Below, one piece after another: positions 45,700 to 55,856 of a stretch of DNA of 64,000 nt. The notes under the pieces were generated by a model. The model saw nothing but the letters and a program-made list of their open reading frames with translations, made no database searches and was not told the origin of the DNA. A program made the translations under genes and the position numbers. Positions within the stretch are counted from its first letter, which is position 1. Every line of letters starts with the position of its first letter. The stretch is from Bacilli bacterium (GTDB taxonomy: Bacteria > Bacillota_I > Bacilli_A > RF39 > UBA660). The stretch lies in assembly GCA_017525035.1 (NCBI GenBank), contig JAFXTH010000014.1:7650-71649 (forward strand). Direction: 5' to 3'.

Positions 45700-47493
45700 T
45701 TTGAATAATTCTTTTATCTTTTCCCAAAGGCTTTGTTCTTCTTTATTAATTAAATTAACAACTGTTACAGTACGTTCTGGTGCAGATATTCCATCAACTA
45801 TCATAATGATTTTTGATGTACCATCTGTTCCATTAGAAATGTCATCAAATGTTTTATAATTTGCACTTAGTTTTGCTAATGCTTTAACTTTTTGTTCAAG
45901 AGTTTTAACATCTCCATTAACAACACTGCTTATCTTATTAATTCCTTGACTATTAAATTGTTGAATTCCAGAATCTAGAGTAGAGATACCATTTTTTAAA
46001 TCTCCAGTTCCAGTGCTTAATGAACTCATTCCTAAATTTAATTCATTTAATCCACTAGTTAATTGTGATATACCTGCAAGTAATTGATTTAAGGAATCTG
46101 TAGTAGTTGTTTTTGCTTTTTCTTTTGCACTTGTTGCAACTTGTACTGCCACATTTTCGCTAACACTTTCTGCTGTAGATTCTGCAGTTGCCTTAGCTGT
46201 TTGTTCTGCTGTTGATATAGCAGTTGCTCTTGCAGTTTCTTCCATCAAAGTCATTGCTTGAAGAGCTGATTTGTACTGTGCAATTTGTGTTGCATAAGTA
46301 GAACATGTTGTTTGATTTTCTTCAGTTATTGTTTCACAGCTTTGTACTAATTGTGCAGTAATTCCATTTGCTTCAAGTTGTGAAATAGCCCCTTGAAATT
46401 GTTGATAAGTAGAACTTTGTTTTATTTGTGCTACAGCGTTAGCACCAATACCTGCTTTATATTGATCTGTGAATTTAGCATCAACACCTGCTACTGCTGA
46501 TTGTTTTGCTTGATTCTTAATATAAGATAAAGTTGTATTATCTATTGCAGCACTATTATCATTTTGTAATGCTTCAATAGCAGCACTTAATTTATTTTTT
46601 ATTTCGTTACTTCCTTGATATGCTGAATTAACTCCATCTTTGATTTTTTGAACTCCTTGACTAAGCTTATTAGCTCCTTCAAGTAATGCATTACTTCCAT
46701 TTTTAATTTTATTACTTGAATCAACTAAAGTATTAATAGAAGAATATATTCCTTCGAATTTATCAAATACTTGTAAGTCACTGCTGTCAATTAATTTTGG
46801 AGTAGCAAGAGCATAGATAGAGTTCAATTCAAATGAATCAGTATCAAATTCTATTGTAGCTGTATCCATTCCTTTTAAATTATTTATACCTAAGCTTTCA
46901 TATAATCCTGGAGTAGTTAATAATACGATTACACTGCTAGTTCCATTATTAATTACTTTTCCATTTGTTACATTTATATTTTTGTTTGTTGTATTTGGAA
47001 TTATTGTAGTAGTTGCTACAACAAATGGAGTATATAAAGTTTCATATTTACCATTTATATATACTGAATGACTATCGTTGTTAGTATATTTTAAAACCAT
47101 CTTAACAGTTCCTTTTTTACCTAACATATCTTTAATAGTAGTCTTTTCTCCATTTAAATAATATGTAATAGAAAGTTTTATTTGTAAGTCTTCTTTAGTA
47201 GTTCCTTGATAATAAATATCTTTTCCATTACTTTCCCAAGTTAAGTTTCCATCATCAATAGTATACTTTTCATTACCATTTACATTTTCAATGTTTTGAA
47301 GTCTAGTTTTATCTTTAGCTTTTTTACCAGTACCTTGTAAATGTTCTGAAATAATTACTTGATCTACTTGACCATTTGCTTCAAGTTTTGCATATATTGT
47401 TTCATCTTTAGTTAATGCCATAACTGGAATAGTCTGAAGTGTTAATCCAATGATTACTCCAATACACATTATTTTGTTAATAAAGTTTTTCAT
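45697..47493 (-). CDS. YhgE/Pip-like surface protein with X-X-X-Leu-X-X-Gly heptad repeats
   Basis: N-terminal TM/signal helix. NGSNALLEGANKLSQGVQKIKDGVNSAYQGSNEI and LLAGISQLTSGLNELNLGMSSLSTGTGDLKNGISTLDSGIQQF. TAATG coupling to the MMPL gene. Confidence 0.6.
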   Translation of the reverse strand: MKNFINKIMCIGVIIGLTLQTIPVMALTKDETIYAKLEANGQVDQVIISEHLQGTGKKAKDKTRLQNIENVNGNEKYTIDDGNLTWESNGKDIYYQGTTKEDLQIKLSITYYLNGEKTTIKDMLGKKGTVKMVLKYTNNDSHSVYINGKYETLYTPFVVATTTIIPNTTNKNINVTNGKVINNGTSSVIVLLTTPGLYESLGINNLKGMDTATIEFDTDSFELNSIYALATPKLIDSSDLQVFDKFEGIYSSINTLVDSSNKIKNGSNALLEGANKLSQGVQKIKDGVNSAYQGSNEIKNKLSAAIEALQNDNSAAIDNTTLSYIKNQAKQSAVAGVDAKFTDQYKAGIGANAVAQIKQSSTYQQFQGAISQLEANGITAQLVQSCETITEENQTTCSTYATQIAQYKSALQAMTLMEETARATAISTAEQTAKATAESTAESVSENVAVQVATSAKEKAKTTTTDSLNQLLAGISQLTSGLNELNLGMSSLSTGTGDLKNGISTLDSGIQQFNSQGINKISSVVNGDVKTLEQKVKALAKLSANYKTFDDISNGTDGTSKIIMIVDGISAPERTVTVVNLINKEEQSLWEKIKELFK

Positions 47494-49562
47494 TATATCC
47501 TTCCTTTCTTAAATCCTAAAGTTGTTTTAGTAATTATCTTGTCAAATATAATTAATATACTTGGTAGTACGAATATTACTACGGCCATACTTATGATTGC
47601 ACCACGTGCCATTAAAGTACATAGACAACCAATCATATCAATTGTTGATACTACACCAACTCCAAATGTTGCTGCAAAGAAACACATTCCTGAAACAATA
47701 ATTGAAGTTGTTGATGAATCAAGTGCAGATTTTACTGCTGCCATTTTATCCTTTTTATTCTTTCTTTCTTCTAAGTATTTTGTTGTTAGAAGTATTGCAT
47801 AATCTATTGTCGCTCCTAATTGTATTGTTCCAATTACTATGGATGCTACAAATGGAATAGGTGAGTTAGTAACATAAGGTATTCCTATGTTAATAAATAT
47901 TGCAAATTCTATTGCAGATACTAGAAGTATTGGTAATGAAATAGATTTTAATATCAACAACATGATTACAAATATTACTGCTATAGATGTATAGTTAACA
48001 TTTTTTAAATCTATGTCTGTTACTGTAACAAGATCTTTTGTTAATGGACCTTCACCTGCGACAATAGCAGTTTCATCATATTTATCTACAATATCATTTA
48101 CTATATCCAACTGTTCATTTAATTCATCTGTTGCTATATCATATATTGAACTTATTATTACCATTGTGTATTTATCAGTTTGATAAATATTTCTTAAGTT
48201 TTCTGGAATAGCTATTTCAGGTATTCCAAGTTCAGAAAGAGTAGATGCTGATATTACAGCATTTATTCCTTTAACTTCTTTTAACTCTTTAACCATCTCA
48301 TTAATCTTATAGTTTGGTACTGTTTTGTCTACTAAAATCATTGATTGTGACATCATGTTGTAGTTTTCTTGTAATGCTTTAGTAGCCTGTGTATAACCAT
48401 AATTTTCTGGTATTGAAGTATCAAGTTTGTAATATACAGGTGTCTTCTTTTGTGCAATGAATGATGGTACTAAAAGAATTATGAATATTACAAATATTGT
48501 TATGTAATGTTTTGTTGCAAAACTTTTAATATGTTTAAATTCTGGTAGTAAGTTTTTATGCTTTGTTTTTTCGATTTGCTTATCAAATACAAGAAGTAGA
48601 GCAGGGAATAATATTATTACACATATTAGTCCAAGAAGTACTCCTTTAGCCATAACTATACCGATATCAGCACCAAGTGTTAGTTGCATTGTACAAAGTG
48701 CTAAGAAACCAGCAATAGTTGTTAATGAACTTCCAAGGACTGAAGTAATTGTTTCTTTTATAGCTTTGCTCATTGCTTTGTCATTATTCTTTTCTTTTTC
48801 CTTTGCTGCTTCGTATTTGTGATATAAGAAGATAGAAAAGTCAGTTGTTACTCCAAGTTGAAGAACTGCTGCAATAGCTTTAGTTATATAGCAAATTTCT
48901 CCCAAAAATATATTAGTACCCATATTATAGATAATTGCTATTCCTATATTTAATATAAGAAGTATTGGTACTAAATAAGAATCAAGTGATATTTCTAGAA
49001 TGAAGATACAGCAGATAACTGCTACAACAATGTATAAAAGCATTTGACTATTGAATAATTCTTTCGTATCAAGTACCATGGCACTCATACCACCAATCTT
49101 GACACGTTCATCAGCTATCTTTCTCATTTCATCAACTGCATTAAGCGTTACATCATCACTTGTTGAGTTTTCAAATGTTATAAGTACCAGCTTTGTATTG
49201 CCTTTAGCAACCTTATCTTTTATTTCTTTTGGTAATACTTCAACAGGTATTGATGTACCTGTTAAATCATTAATACTTATTACATTAGTAACCCCTTTAA
49301 TTTTTCTAAAATCATTTTCTAGTTTAATTAGATCTTGATTAGCCATATTTTCCACAATAGTAATGGAGAAGGCTCCCATATGAAAATCATCAGTAAGGAT
49401 ATGTTCTCCTTTTAAAGTTTCAATATCGCTAGGAAGATATACCAATATGTCATAATTAACTCTAGTAGCAAAGTAACCAATGGCAGAAGGTATTAATAAT
49501 ATGAAAGATATTATTACTATTAACCATTTATTTTTGCAAATAAAATTTCCTAGTTTTTCCAT
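47493..49562 (-). CDS. MMPL/RND-superfamily membrane transporter
   Basis: Two repeated halves, each a TM bundle plus an extracytoplasmic loop; 689 aa. AAAGGAG RBS. Confidence 0.75.
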   Translation of the reverse strand: MEKLGNFICKNKWLIVIISFILLIPSAIGYFATRVNYDILVYLPSDIETLKGEHILTDDFHMGAFSITIVENMANQDLIKLENDFRKIKGVTNVISINDLTGTSIPVEVLPKEIKDKVAKGNTKLVLITFENSTSDDVTLNAVDEMRKIADERVKIGGMSAMVLDTKELFNSQMLLYIVVAVICCIFILEISLDSYLVPILLILNIGIAIIYNMGTNIFLGEICYITKAIAAVLQLGVTTDFSIFLYHKYEAAKEKEKNNDKAMSKAIKETITSVLGSSLTTIAGFLALCTMQLTLGADIGIVMAKGVLLGLICVIILFPALLLVFDKQIEKTKHKNLLPEFKHIKSFATKHYITIFVIFIILLVPSFIAQKKTPVYYKLDTSIPENYGYTQATKALQENYNMMSQSMILVDKTVPNYKINEMVKELKEVKGINAVISASTLSELGIPEIAIPENLRNIYQTDKYTMVIISSIYDIATDELNEQLDIVNDIVDKYDETAIVAGEGPLTKDLVTVTDIDLKNVNYTSIAVIFVIMLLILKSISLPILLVSAIEFAIFINIGIPYVTNSPIPFVASIVIGTIQLGATIDYAILLTTKYLEERKNKKDKMAAVKSALDSSTTSIIVSGMCFFAATFGVGVVSTIDMIGCLCTLMARGAIISMAVVIFVLPSILIIFDKIITKTTLGFKKGRI

Positions 49563-49610
49563 AAAAAAACTCCTTTCTTTATTGGATCAATAAATATAAT
49601 AGTTCTTAAC

Positions 49611-49646
49611 TGACCAAAAGTCAATAAAAATGTTGACTTTTAGTCA
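49611..49646. promoter_or_regulatory. candidate TetR operator overlapping both divergent -35 boxes
   Basis: TGACCAAAAGTCAA-8 nt-TTGACTTTTAGTCA (13/14 complementary). Each arm contains TTGACT, placed 17 nt from TATAAA (plus strand, 49656-49661) or TATTAT (minus strand). Confidence 0.55.
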
Positions 49647-49682
49647 TTTTCTTGCTATAAAGTATGTGAAGGAAGTGAAAAA

Positions 49683-50291
49683 ATGACCAAAACTGAGAAA
49701 AAGACTAAAAAAATAATAAATAAAGAAGAGAAGGAAAGAAAACTTTTAGAAGCAGCATTTTCATTATTTATTCAAAAGGGTGTTTATAATACTACCGTAC
49801 AAGAAATAGTTGATAAAGCAGGAGTAGCTAAGGGTACATTTTATTTATACTTTAAAGATAAATATGCACTTCAAGATTATTTAATTACTGACATATCAAG
49901 ACAATTATTTAGCAGTGCTATTAAATATGTTGATAAAAAAAATATAGTTAATTTCTATGATAGAATTATCTATATTATCGATTTCATAATTGATAAGTTT
50001 GTAGAAAATCAAGAACTGCTTGAATTTATATCTAAGAATCTATCATGGGGAGTATTCGGAGATAGAGTATCTAGCCTAGTAGATGATTCATCATCAGAAA
50101 TGCTAGATCTATTTAGAAAAGGTATTAAAGATAATAATATAAATATAGAAAATCCTGAACTTACTTTATTTATGATTATTGAACTTACCTCATCAACAGT
50201 TTTTAGTTCAATAACAATAAATAAACCACTTCCAATAAATGAGTTTAAACCTTATTTATATAAGAAAATTAGAAATATATTAAGTGATTAG
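49683..50291 (+). CDS. TetR/AcrR-family transcriptional regulator
   Basis: HTH segment AAFSLFIQKGVYNTTVQEIVDKAGVAKGTFYLYFKDKY. Confidence 0.85.
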   Translation: MTKTEKKTKKIINKEEKERKLLEAAFSLFIQKGVYNTTVQEIVDKAGVAKGTFYLYFKDKYALQDYLITDISRQLFSSAIKYVDKKNIVNFYDRIIYIIDFIIDKFVENQELLEFISKNLSWGVFGDRVSSLVDDSSSEMLDLFRKGIKDNNINIENPELTLFMIIELTSSTVFSSITINKPLPINEFKPYLYKKIRNILSD

Positions 50292-50347
50292 AAAGAGTAT
50301 TCTTTCTTTTTTTTTCTTTTGGCTTTATAATTATAAGAGGTGATAGT

Positions 50348-51121
50348 ATGAATGAGACGCTTAGAGGAATGATTAAAGGTTTAATCATTGCCGGTGTAAT
50401 AATGGGAGCTTTATATATCATTTCGTATAGAGTATGGCTTAATAAAAGTCTTGATGATTTAGTTGTCGAATACAAAGATGAAGGAATTAATCCAGACGAT
50501 CATAATCAAAAAGAAACAGTTGATTATAAAAAGTACTATGAAAAAGTAAATTATCAATTTGTTCAAAAAAACTTTGGAAGTGAATTTTATAAAATATATT
50601 ATGAAAATGCACCTTTTACAAATGAATATTATTTATTCTTAGCAGTTATTAATATAATAGATAAAGAAGCACAAAATAGTTGTGCATTTGCAAAAGAAAT
50701 AAATAGATTAGAAGTAGAAGCAAAAGTAAAAGAGTTATTTGGGCCAGTTGCTTTTATAAACACATCATTTGAAACTCAAGATAAAGGCTTAAGTATTATT
50801 TATAATGAGAATAGTGGAACTTATGCGATTAAGATAACAAAATGTAGAGATTATGATTATAGAAATGGTGGAATATATACTGCTAGTGTAGGTTATAGTA
50901 TAGAAATCAATATATTGTATATTGATGAAATAGCGTTATACTTAGATTATTCTTATGGTCCTAGTGGTAATTTGATATTTAATTATCATGCTAATTTAAG
51001 TAAGGATAGTGCAGTAATTGCTAATGATGTTGATAGAATAAATAGAGATAGTGTTACTAAATATAAACTAGTATTTGAAAAAGAAAATGATGATTATATA
51101 TTTAAAGGTGTTAGAAAATAA
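50348..51121 (+). CDS. membrane-anchored hypothetical protein
   Basis: One N-terminal TM helix (GLIIAGVIMGALYIISY). AGAGGTGA RBS. Confidence 0.5.
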   Translation: MNETLRGMIKGLIIAGVIMGALYIISYRVWLNKSLDDLVVEYKDEGINPDDHNQKETVDYKKYYEKVNYQFVQKNFGSEFYKIYYENAPFTNEYYLFLAVINIIDKEAQNSCAFAKEINRLEVEAKVKELFGPVAFINTSFETQDKGLSIIYNENSGTYAIKITKCRDYDYRNGGIYTASVGYSIEINILYIDEIALYLDYSYGPSGNLIFNYHANLSKDSAVIANDVDRINRDSVTKYKLVFEKENDDYIFKGVRK

Positions 51122-51130
51122 AGAAAACAC

Positions 51131-51159
51131 TTGAAAAATATAATTAATTGTAATATAAT
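51131..51159 (+). promoter_or_regulatory. consensus-like sigma-A promoter of the ileS leader
   Basis: TTGAAA-17 nt-TATAAT. Confidence 0.65.
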
Positions 51160-51164
51160 TTCAG

Positions 51165-51372
51165 TTATATTGAATGCAAATGACGAAGACGTAATTAAAG
51201 AAAAACTTTAAGAGAGCAAGTGTTTGGTGAGAACTTGTAAGTAATCTTTAATTAAGATCACTTCTGATGCTTTTTATGGATAAGATAAAAACGGTAACGC
51301 GTTATAGTTTTAAGAAGTAATTAAGGTGGTACCACGTGGAGTAATTCGCGTCCTTTTGGGGCCACCTTTTTT
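51165..51372 (+). promoter_or_regulatory. T-box riboswitch leader (probable Ile specifier AUC)
   Basis: AGAGA bulge and GGTGAGA distal loop in Stem I. AUC at 51244-51246 in the specifier region. T-box sequence AAGGTGGTACCACG at 51323-51336. Terminator AAGGTGG...CCACCTT plus T-run. Confidence 0.8.
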
Positions 51373-51397
51373 AATTATATAAATATAGGAGGGTTTT

Positions 51398-51625
51398 ATG
51401 GCAAAAATTAATTTTTACTATGGTAATGCTATTATGGGGTATAGATTATATACACCTGGATTATTAACAGCAAGATTTGGCGGAAGACTTGGAAAAGGTA
51501 AAACTGCCGATACTGCTTTTAAAGGTGAAAACTATAACCGTAATAAAAAGTTGTTAAAAACAACTTACAGAAGAAGAAGAAAAGTAGAAATAGCAAACGA
51601 TGGTTACGTTGTTAATACTAAGTAG
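51398..51625 (+). CDS. 75-aa highly basic hypothetical protein between the T-box leader and ileS
   Basis: Strong RBS TAGGAGGG. Ends 8 nt before the ileS ATG. Confidence 0.5.
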   Translation: MAKINFYYGNAIMGYRLYTPGLLTARFGGRLGKGKTADTAFKGENYNRNKKLLKTTYRRRRKVEIANDGYVVNTK

Positions 51626-51633
51626 GTGATAAT

Positions 51634-54600
51634 ATGTTTAAAGAATTAAAAAAAGGGAAAAATAGCGAAGTAGAAAAAGAAATAAGTGCATCTTGGCAAA
51701 AGATGAATATTCTTGAGATGACAATCAATAATAGAAAGGATTCTAAAAATTTTGTCTTTTATGATGGACCAGCTACTGCAAATGGTATGCCTGGTATTCA
51801 TCATATGCTTGCAAAATTATTAAAGGACGTATTTTGTAAGTATAAAACAATGCAAGGTAATAGAGTTCTTCGTAAAGTTGGATGGGATACTCATGGACTT
51901 CCAGTAGAAGTACAAGTAGAAAAAGAATTGGGATTCGAAGGAAAGACTGATATTGAAAAATATGGTATAAAAGAATTCAATGAAAAGTGTAGAGAAAGTG
52001 TTTGGAAAAATGAAAAAGCATTTAGAGAATTCACTGACTTAATGGGACAATTCATTGATCTTGAAAATCCTTATATAACTTATCAAAATTCTTATATTGA
52101 AACTGAATGGTGGATATTAAAGAAATTCTTCGATGCTGGATTAATCTATGATGGATTAAAGATACTTCCATATTGTCCAAGATGTGGAACAGGTCTTGCA
52201 TCTCATGAAGTTGCTCAAGGTTATGAAATGGTATCAGTTAATACAGTAACAGTTCCATTTAAATTAAAAGATGAAGATAACACTTATTTACTTGTATGGA
52301 CAACAACACCATGGACACTTTTATCAAATGTTGCAGCATGTGTTAATCCAAAAGAAAAATATGTTAAATGTTTATCTAAAGGATATAACTTTATAGTTGC
52401 AAAAGCACTTGCTAATAAAGTTCTTGGTGATGATTATGAAGTTGTTGAAGAATATGTTGGTAAAGATTTAGAGTATAGAGAATATGAACAATTACTTCCA
52501 ATACTTAAAGTTAATAAAAAGGCTTTCTATGTTACATGTGATGAATATGTAACTATGGAAGATGGTACTGGTATTGTTCATATCGCTCCAGCTTTTGGTC
52601 AAGACGACTATGAAGTTGGCCTTAAATATGATTTACCAGTATTAAATCCAGTTGATGAAAATGGATGTTTTACTGATGGACCATGGAAGGGAAGACTAGT
52701 TGTTGAAAAAGAACTAGAGCTTGATATAATCAAATATCTTGCTGGTGAAGACAAATTGTTCAAGAAACAAAAACTTGAACATAATTATCCACATTGTTGG
52801 AGATGTCATACACCACTTGTATATTATTCAAAACCTTCTATCTACATTAAGGTTACAGACTTAAAAGATAAAATAGTTAAAGAAAACAGTAAGGTTAATT
52901 GGTTCCCTGATTACGTTGGAGAAAAACGTTTTGGAAACTGGCTTGAAAACTTAAATGACTGGGCTATCTCAAGAAATAGATATTGGGGAACACCAATACC
53001 TCTATGGAGATGTGAATGTGGTCATGATGAGATGATAGGTTCACGTGCTGAACTTGTTGAAAAAGCAATAGAGAAGATTGATGAAAATATCGAACTTCAT
53101 AGACCTTATGTTGATGATGTACACATCAAATGTCCTAAATGTGGTAAGAAGATGACACGTGTAAAAGAAGTTATGGACTGTTGGTTTGACTCAGGTGCTA
53201 TGCCTTTTGCACAATATCATTATCCATTTGAAAATAAAGAGTTGTTTGAATCACAATTCCCAGCAGATTTCATATGCGAAGGAATTGACCAAACTCGTGG
53301 ATGGTTCTATTCATTAATAGTAATATCTACATTTGTAATGGGAAAAGCTCCTTATAAGAATGTACTTGTTAATGATTTAGTACTTGATAAATTTGGACAA
53401 AAGATGCATAAATCTAAAGGTAATGCTGTATCACCATTTGGATTAATTGAAAACTATGGTGCAGATCCAGTTAGATGGTATATGTTATCAGCATCTCCAG
53501 TTTGGACACCTTTAAAATTTGATGAAGATGGTGTTAAAGAAGTTCAATCAAAGTTCTTCAATACTTTGAAAAACACGTACACATTCTTCCAAATGTATGC
53601 TAATACAGATAAAGTTGATCCAAGAGAGTTTAAAGTAGAATATAAAGATCTAGAAGACATAGATAAATGGTTACTTTCTAAATATAACAAGTTAGTACTT
53701 GAAGTAACTAATTCAATGGATATTTATGATCCTAATAAAGCTGTTAAAGCAGTTAGTAACTTTGTTAATGAAGATTTATCTAACTGGTATATAAGAAGAA
53801 ACAGAAGAAGATTCTGGGGAAGTGAACTTGATAACAGTAAAAAAGCAGTATATCAAACTACATATGATGTATTATGTGGAGTATGTAAATTAATCGCTCC
53901 AATGGTACCATTTGTTAGTGAAGAAATATATACTAACTTAACTGGAGAAAAATCAGTTCATTTAGCAGATTATCCTAAGTATGATAAGAAAATGATTGAT
54001 GAAAAAATTGAAACTAAGATGGACTTAGTTCGTGATTTAATATCATTAGGAAGAAATGCAAGAGAAGAAGCAAAGATAAAAGTTAGACAACCAATTAGTG
54101 AAGTAGTACTTGATTCTAAAGTTAAGAAAATAATCAAAGAACTTGAATCATTAATTTATGAAGAATTAAATGTTAAAGAAATAAAATATGCTGATGATTT
54201 ATCAGAATACATGACATTCACAATTAAACCTAACTTCAAAGTTTGTGGACCAGTATTTGGTAAGAACATTAAAGAACTTACTGATAAACTAAATGCAATG
54301 GACCAAGAAACAATTATCAAATTATCAGATGGTGAATCTGTTAAAGTAACTCTTGATCAAGAATATGAATTAACTAGTGAAATGGTTGATATAAGAATCA
54401 ATTCTAAAGAAGGATTCAATGCAGCTAGTTCAATGGGTAACTTCATAATCCTTGATACAACATTAACTGAAGATTTAATTAATGAAGGTATTGCAAGAGA
54501 ATTAATTAGTAAGGTTCAACAATTAAGAAAGACTAAAGATTTTGATATAGTAGATAGAATAAAACTTTATTACGAAAAGAATGATGAGTTTGCAAAAGCT

Positions 54601-54732
54601 ATCAGTAAATATATTGAAATGATTAAAAATGAGACATTATCTGTTGAAATCACTGAAAAGTCTAATAATGGAGAAGTTATGGACTTAAATGGTTTATCAG
54701 TTAAAGTTGATGTTGAAAGAATTAAAAAATAA
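51634..54732 (+). CDS. ileS: isoleucine--tRNA ligase, type 2 (long, eukaryote-like form)
   Basis: FYDGPATANGMPGIHHML (HIGH region), KMHKSKGN (KMSKS), CP1 editing region; 1032 aa. Confidence 0.95.
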   Translation: MFKELKKGKNSEVEKEISASWQKMNILEMTINNRKDSKNFVFYDGPATANGMPGIHHMLAKLLKDVFCKYKTMQGNRVLRKVGWDTHGLPVEVQVEKELGFEGKTDIEKYGIKEFNEKCRESVWKNEKAFREFTDLMGQFIDLENPYITYQNSYIETEWWILKKFFDAGLIYDGLKILPYCPRCGTGLASHEVAQGYEMVSVNTVTVPFKLKDEDNTYLLVWTTTPWTLLSNVAACVNPKEKYVKCLSKGYNFIVAKALANKVLGDDYEVVEEYVGKDLEYREYEQLLPILKVNKKAFYVTCDEYVTMEDGTGIVHIAPAFGQDDYEVGLKYDLPVLNPVDENGCFTDGPWKGRLVVEKELELDIIKYLAGEDKLFKKQKLEHNYPHCWRCHTPLVYYSKPSIYIKVTDLKDKIVKENSKVNWFPDYVGEKRFGNWLENLNDWAISRNRYWGTPIPLWRCECGHDEMIGSRAELVEKAIEKIDENIELHRPYVDDVHIKCPKCGKKMTRVKEVMDCWFDSGAMPFAQYHYPFENKELFESQFPADFICEGIDQTRGWFYSLIVISTFVMGKAPYKNVLVNDLVLDKFGQKMHKSKGNAVSPFGLIENYGADPVRWYMLSASPVWTPLKFDEDGVKEVQSKFFNTLKNTYTFFQMYANTDKVDPREFKVEYKDLEDIDKWLLSKYNKLVLEVTNSMDIYDPNKAVKAVSNFVNEDLSNWYIRRNRRRFWGSELDNSKKAVYQTTYDVLCGVCKLIAPMVPFVSEEIYTNLTGEKSVHLADYPKYDKKMIDEKIETKMDLVRDLISLGRNAREEAKIKVRQPISEVVLDSKVKKIIKELESLIYEELNVKEIKYADDLSEYMTFTIKPNFKVCGPVFGKNIKELTDKLNAMDQETIIKLSDGESVKVTLDQEYELTSEMVDIRINSKEGFNAASSMGNFIILDTTLTEDLINEGIARELISKVQQLRKTKDFDIVDRIKLYYEKNDEFAKAISKYIEMIKNETLSVEITEKSNNGEVMDLNGLSVKVDVERIKK

Positions 54733-54762
54733 AAAAGGCTAAAAAGCCTTTTTTTTTTTTTT
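54731..54762 (+). terminator. rho-independent terminator
   Basis: AAGGCT-aaaa-AGCCTT hairpin plus a ~13-nt T-run. Confidence 0.85.
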
Positions 54763-54804
54763 AATTATGTTATACTTTTAATAGAATAAGAGGAGTGTGT
54801 GATT

Positions 54805-55725
54805 ATGGCTGTTACACCTGAATTAGAAAGACAAAAAGAGGATTTATATCAAGAAACACTTGCTAATGTAAAAGGTACTTTAAATGGAAAAATAATCAAA
54901 AATCCAATGTTTGAAGAATTATTCCATAAAGAATTTAATTACTTTTTATATAAAACAGCTGCTGTTAATTTTGATGTTATAATAGCCGATGATAAGAATT
55001 CTGTTTCTATTTCCAGCTATAGTCCAGTTGTTGATTGTAAACCTGAGTTTATTGGTAAAAATAAATCTTTTTTGAGAACAATCTTTAAATTAGATGAAGA
55101 TGATAATCTAATTTGTGATTTTAATCAAGGAACTCTATGCAATAGAGAAGATATTGAAAAAGATGGAACAAAAGTAGAACTTCATTACGAATCTAAACTA
55201 GAAACAAATTACTCGTATAGAGTTTTTGATAAAGATGGAATTCAAATATCAGACAATAGTTTCTCTGATGTATATCCATTTAATGATGAATATAGTGAAG
55301 TAGACTTAAGAGAAAGAATCATGTCTTCTTTCCATAAACCTGAATTTGTTATTAAAGGTTTTCCTAAAATACCAATTCATGTAATTAGGGCTACTGTTAG
55401 AAATACATATAGGAAATATGATACTTTAGGTATTATCCATTCTAATATGGGAATTGCCACAAGAGATGGTTATAAAGAACTATTATGCGGACTTTATACA
55501 TGCCATCCTGATAGACCAGAAATGCTTAGAGGATTTAATAGATTTGCTGAAGCTAAAGGTAACTCAAATAATGAGTTGCGATTCAAAGTAGTTGACGATT
55601 ATGCTACTGATATTAATGAAGCATATGAAAAGGCTACGAATGAATTTAAAGAAGCCTTTGATATAATGGATAGTAGTTCAATTAATAAGAAAACATATAA
55701 TGCAATAAAGGCTAAATTAGGATAA
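54805..55725 (+). CDS. hypothetical soluble protein
   Basis: 306-aa ORF behind AGAGGAG. No TM helix or recognised motif. Confidence 0.5.
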   Translation: MAVTPELERQKEDLYQETLANVKGTLNGKIIKNPMFEELFHKEFNYFLYKTAAVNFDVIIADDKNSVSISSYSPVVDCKPEFIGKNKSFLRTIFKLDEDDNLICDFNQGTLCNREDIEKDGTKVELHYESKLETNYSYRVFDKDGIQISDNSFSDVYPFNDEYSEVDLRERIMSSFHKPEFVIKGFPKIPIHVIRATVRNTYRKYDTLGIIHSNMGIATRDGYKELLCGLYTCHPDRPEMLRGFNRFAEAKGNSNNELRFKVVDDYATDINEAYEKATNEFKEAFDIMDSSSINKKTYNAIKAKLG

Positions 55726-55753
55726 AAATGAAACAATTTGTTTCATTTTTTTT
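55726..55753 (+). terminator. rho-independent terminator
   Basis: AAATGAAACA-att-TGTTTCATTT hairpin plus T-run. Confidence 0.8.
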
Positions 55754-55791
55754 GTTTGACAACCTTTCATAACTATTTTTGTTTTATAGCC

Positions 55792-55820
55792 TTGACCTTA
55801 TGTTTTTTAAGTCCTATAAT
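55792..55820 (+). promoter_or_regulatory. near-consensus sigma-A promoter
   Basis: TTGACC-17 nt-TATAAT. Confidence 0.6.
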
Positions 55821-55856
55821 GAAATTACAATATTAATAATTGAGAGAGGTTTGTAT

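Noticed and set aside
562-49338. Other 60-107-aa ORFs nested in or antisense to larger CDSs (e.g. 562-747, 1253-1447, 2568-2756, 2811-2993, 3095-3277, 7339-7530, 7799-8113, 8540-8722, 13266-13457, 15128-15316, 16265-16480, 16812-17123, 16906-17088, 17854-18081, 18039-18290, 20890-21084, 21946-22131, 24405-24599, 25442-25627, 26338-26625, 27586-27786, 28484-28714, 29868-30056, 34095-34310, 37439-37648, 37847-38032, 39502-39720, 40406-40594, 41199-41381, 42059-42382, 45456-45653, 47539-47802, 49051-49338)
   Set aside because: All overlap stronger, motif-supported genes, lack RBSs, and have skewed low-complexity composition expected from antisense or alternative-frame translation of AT-rich coding DNA.
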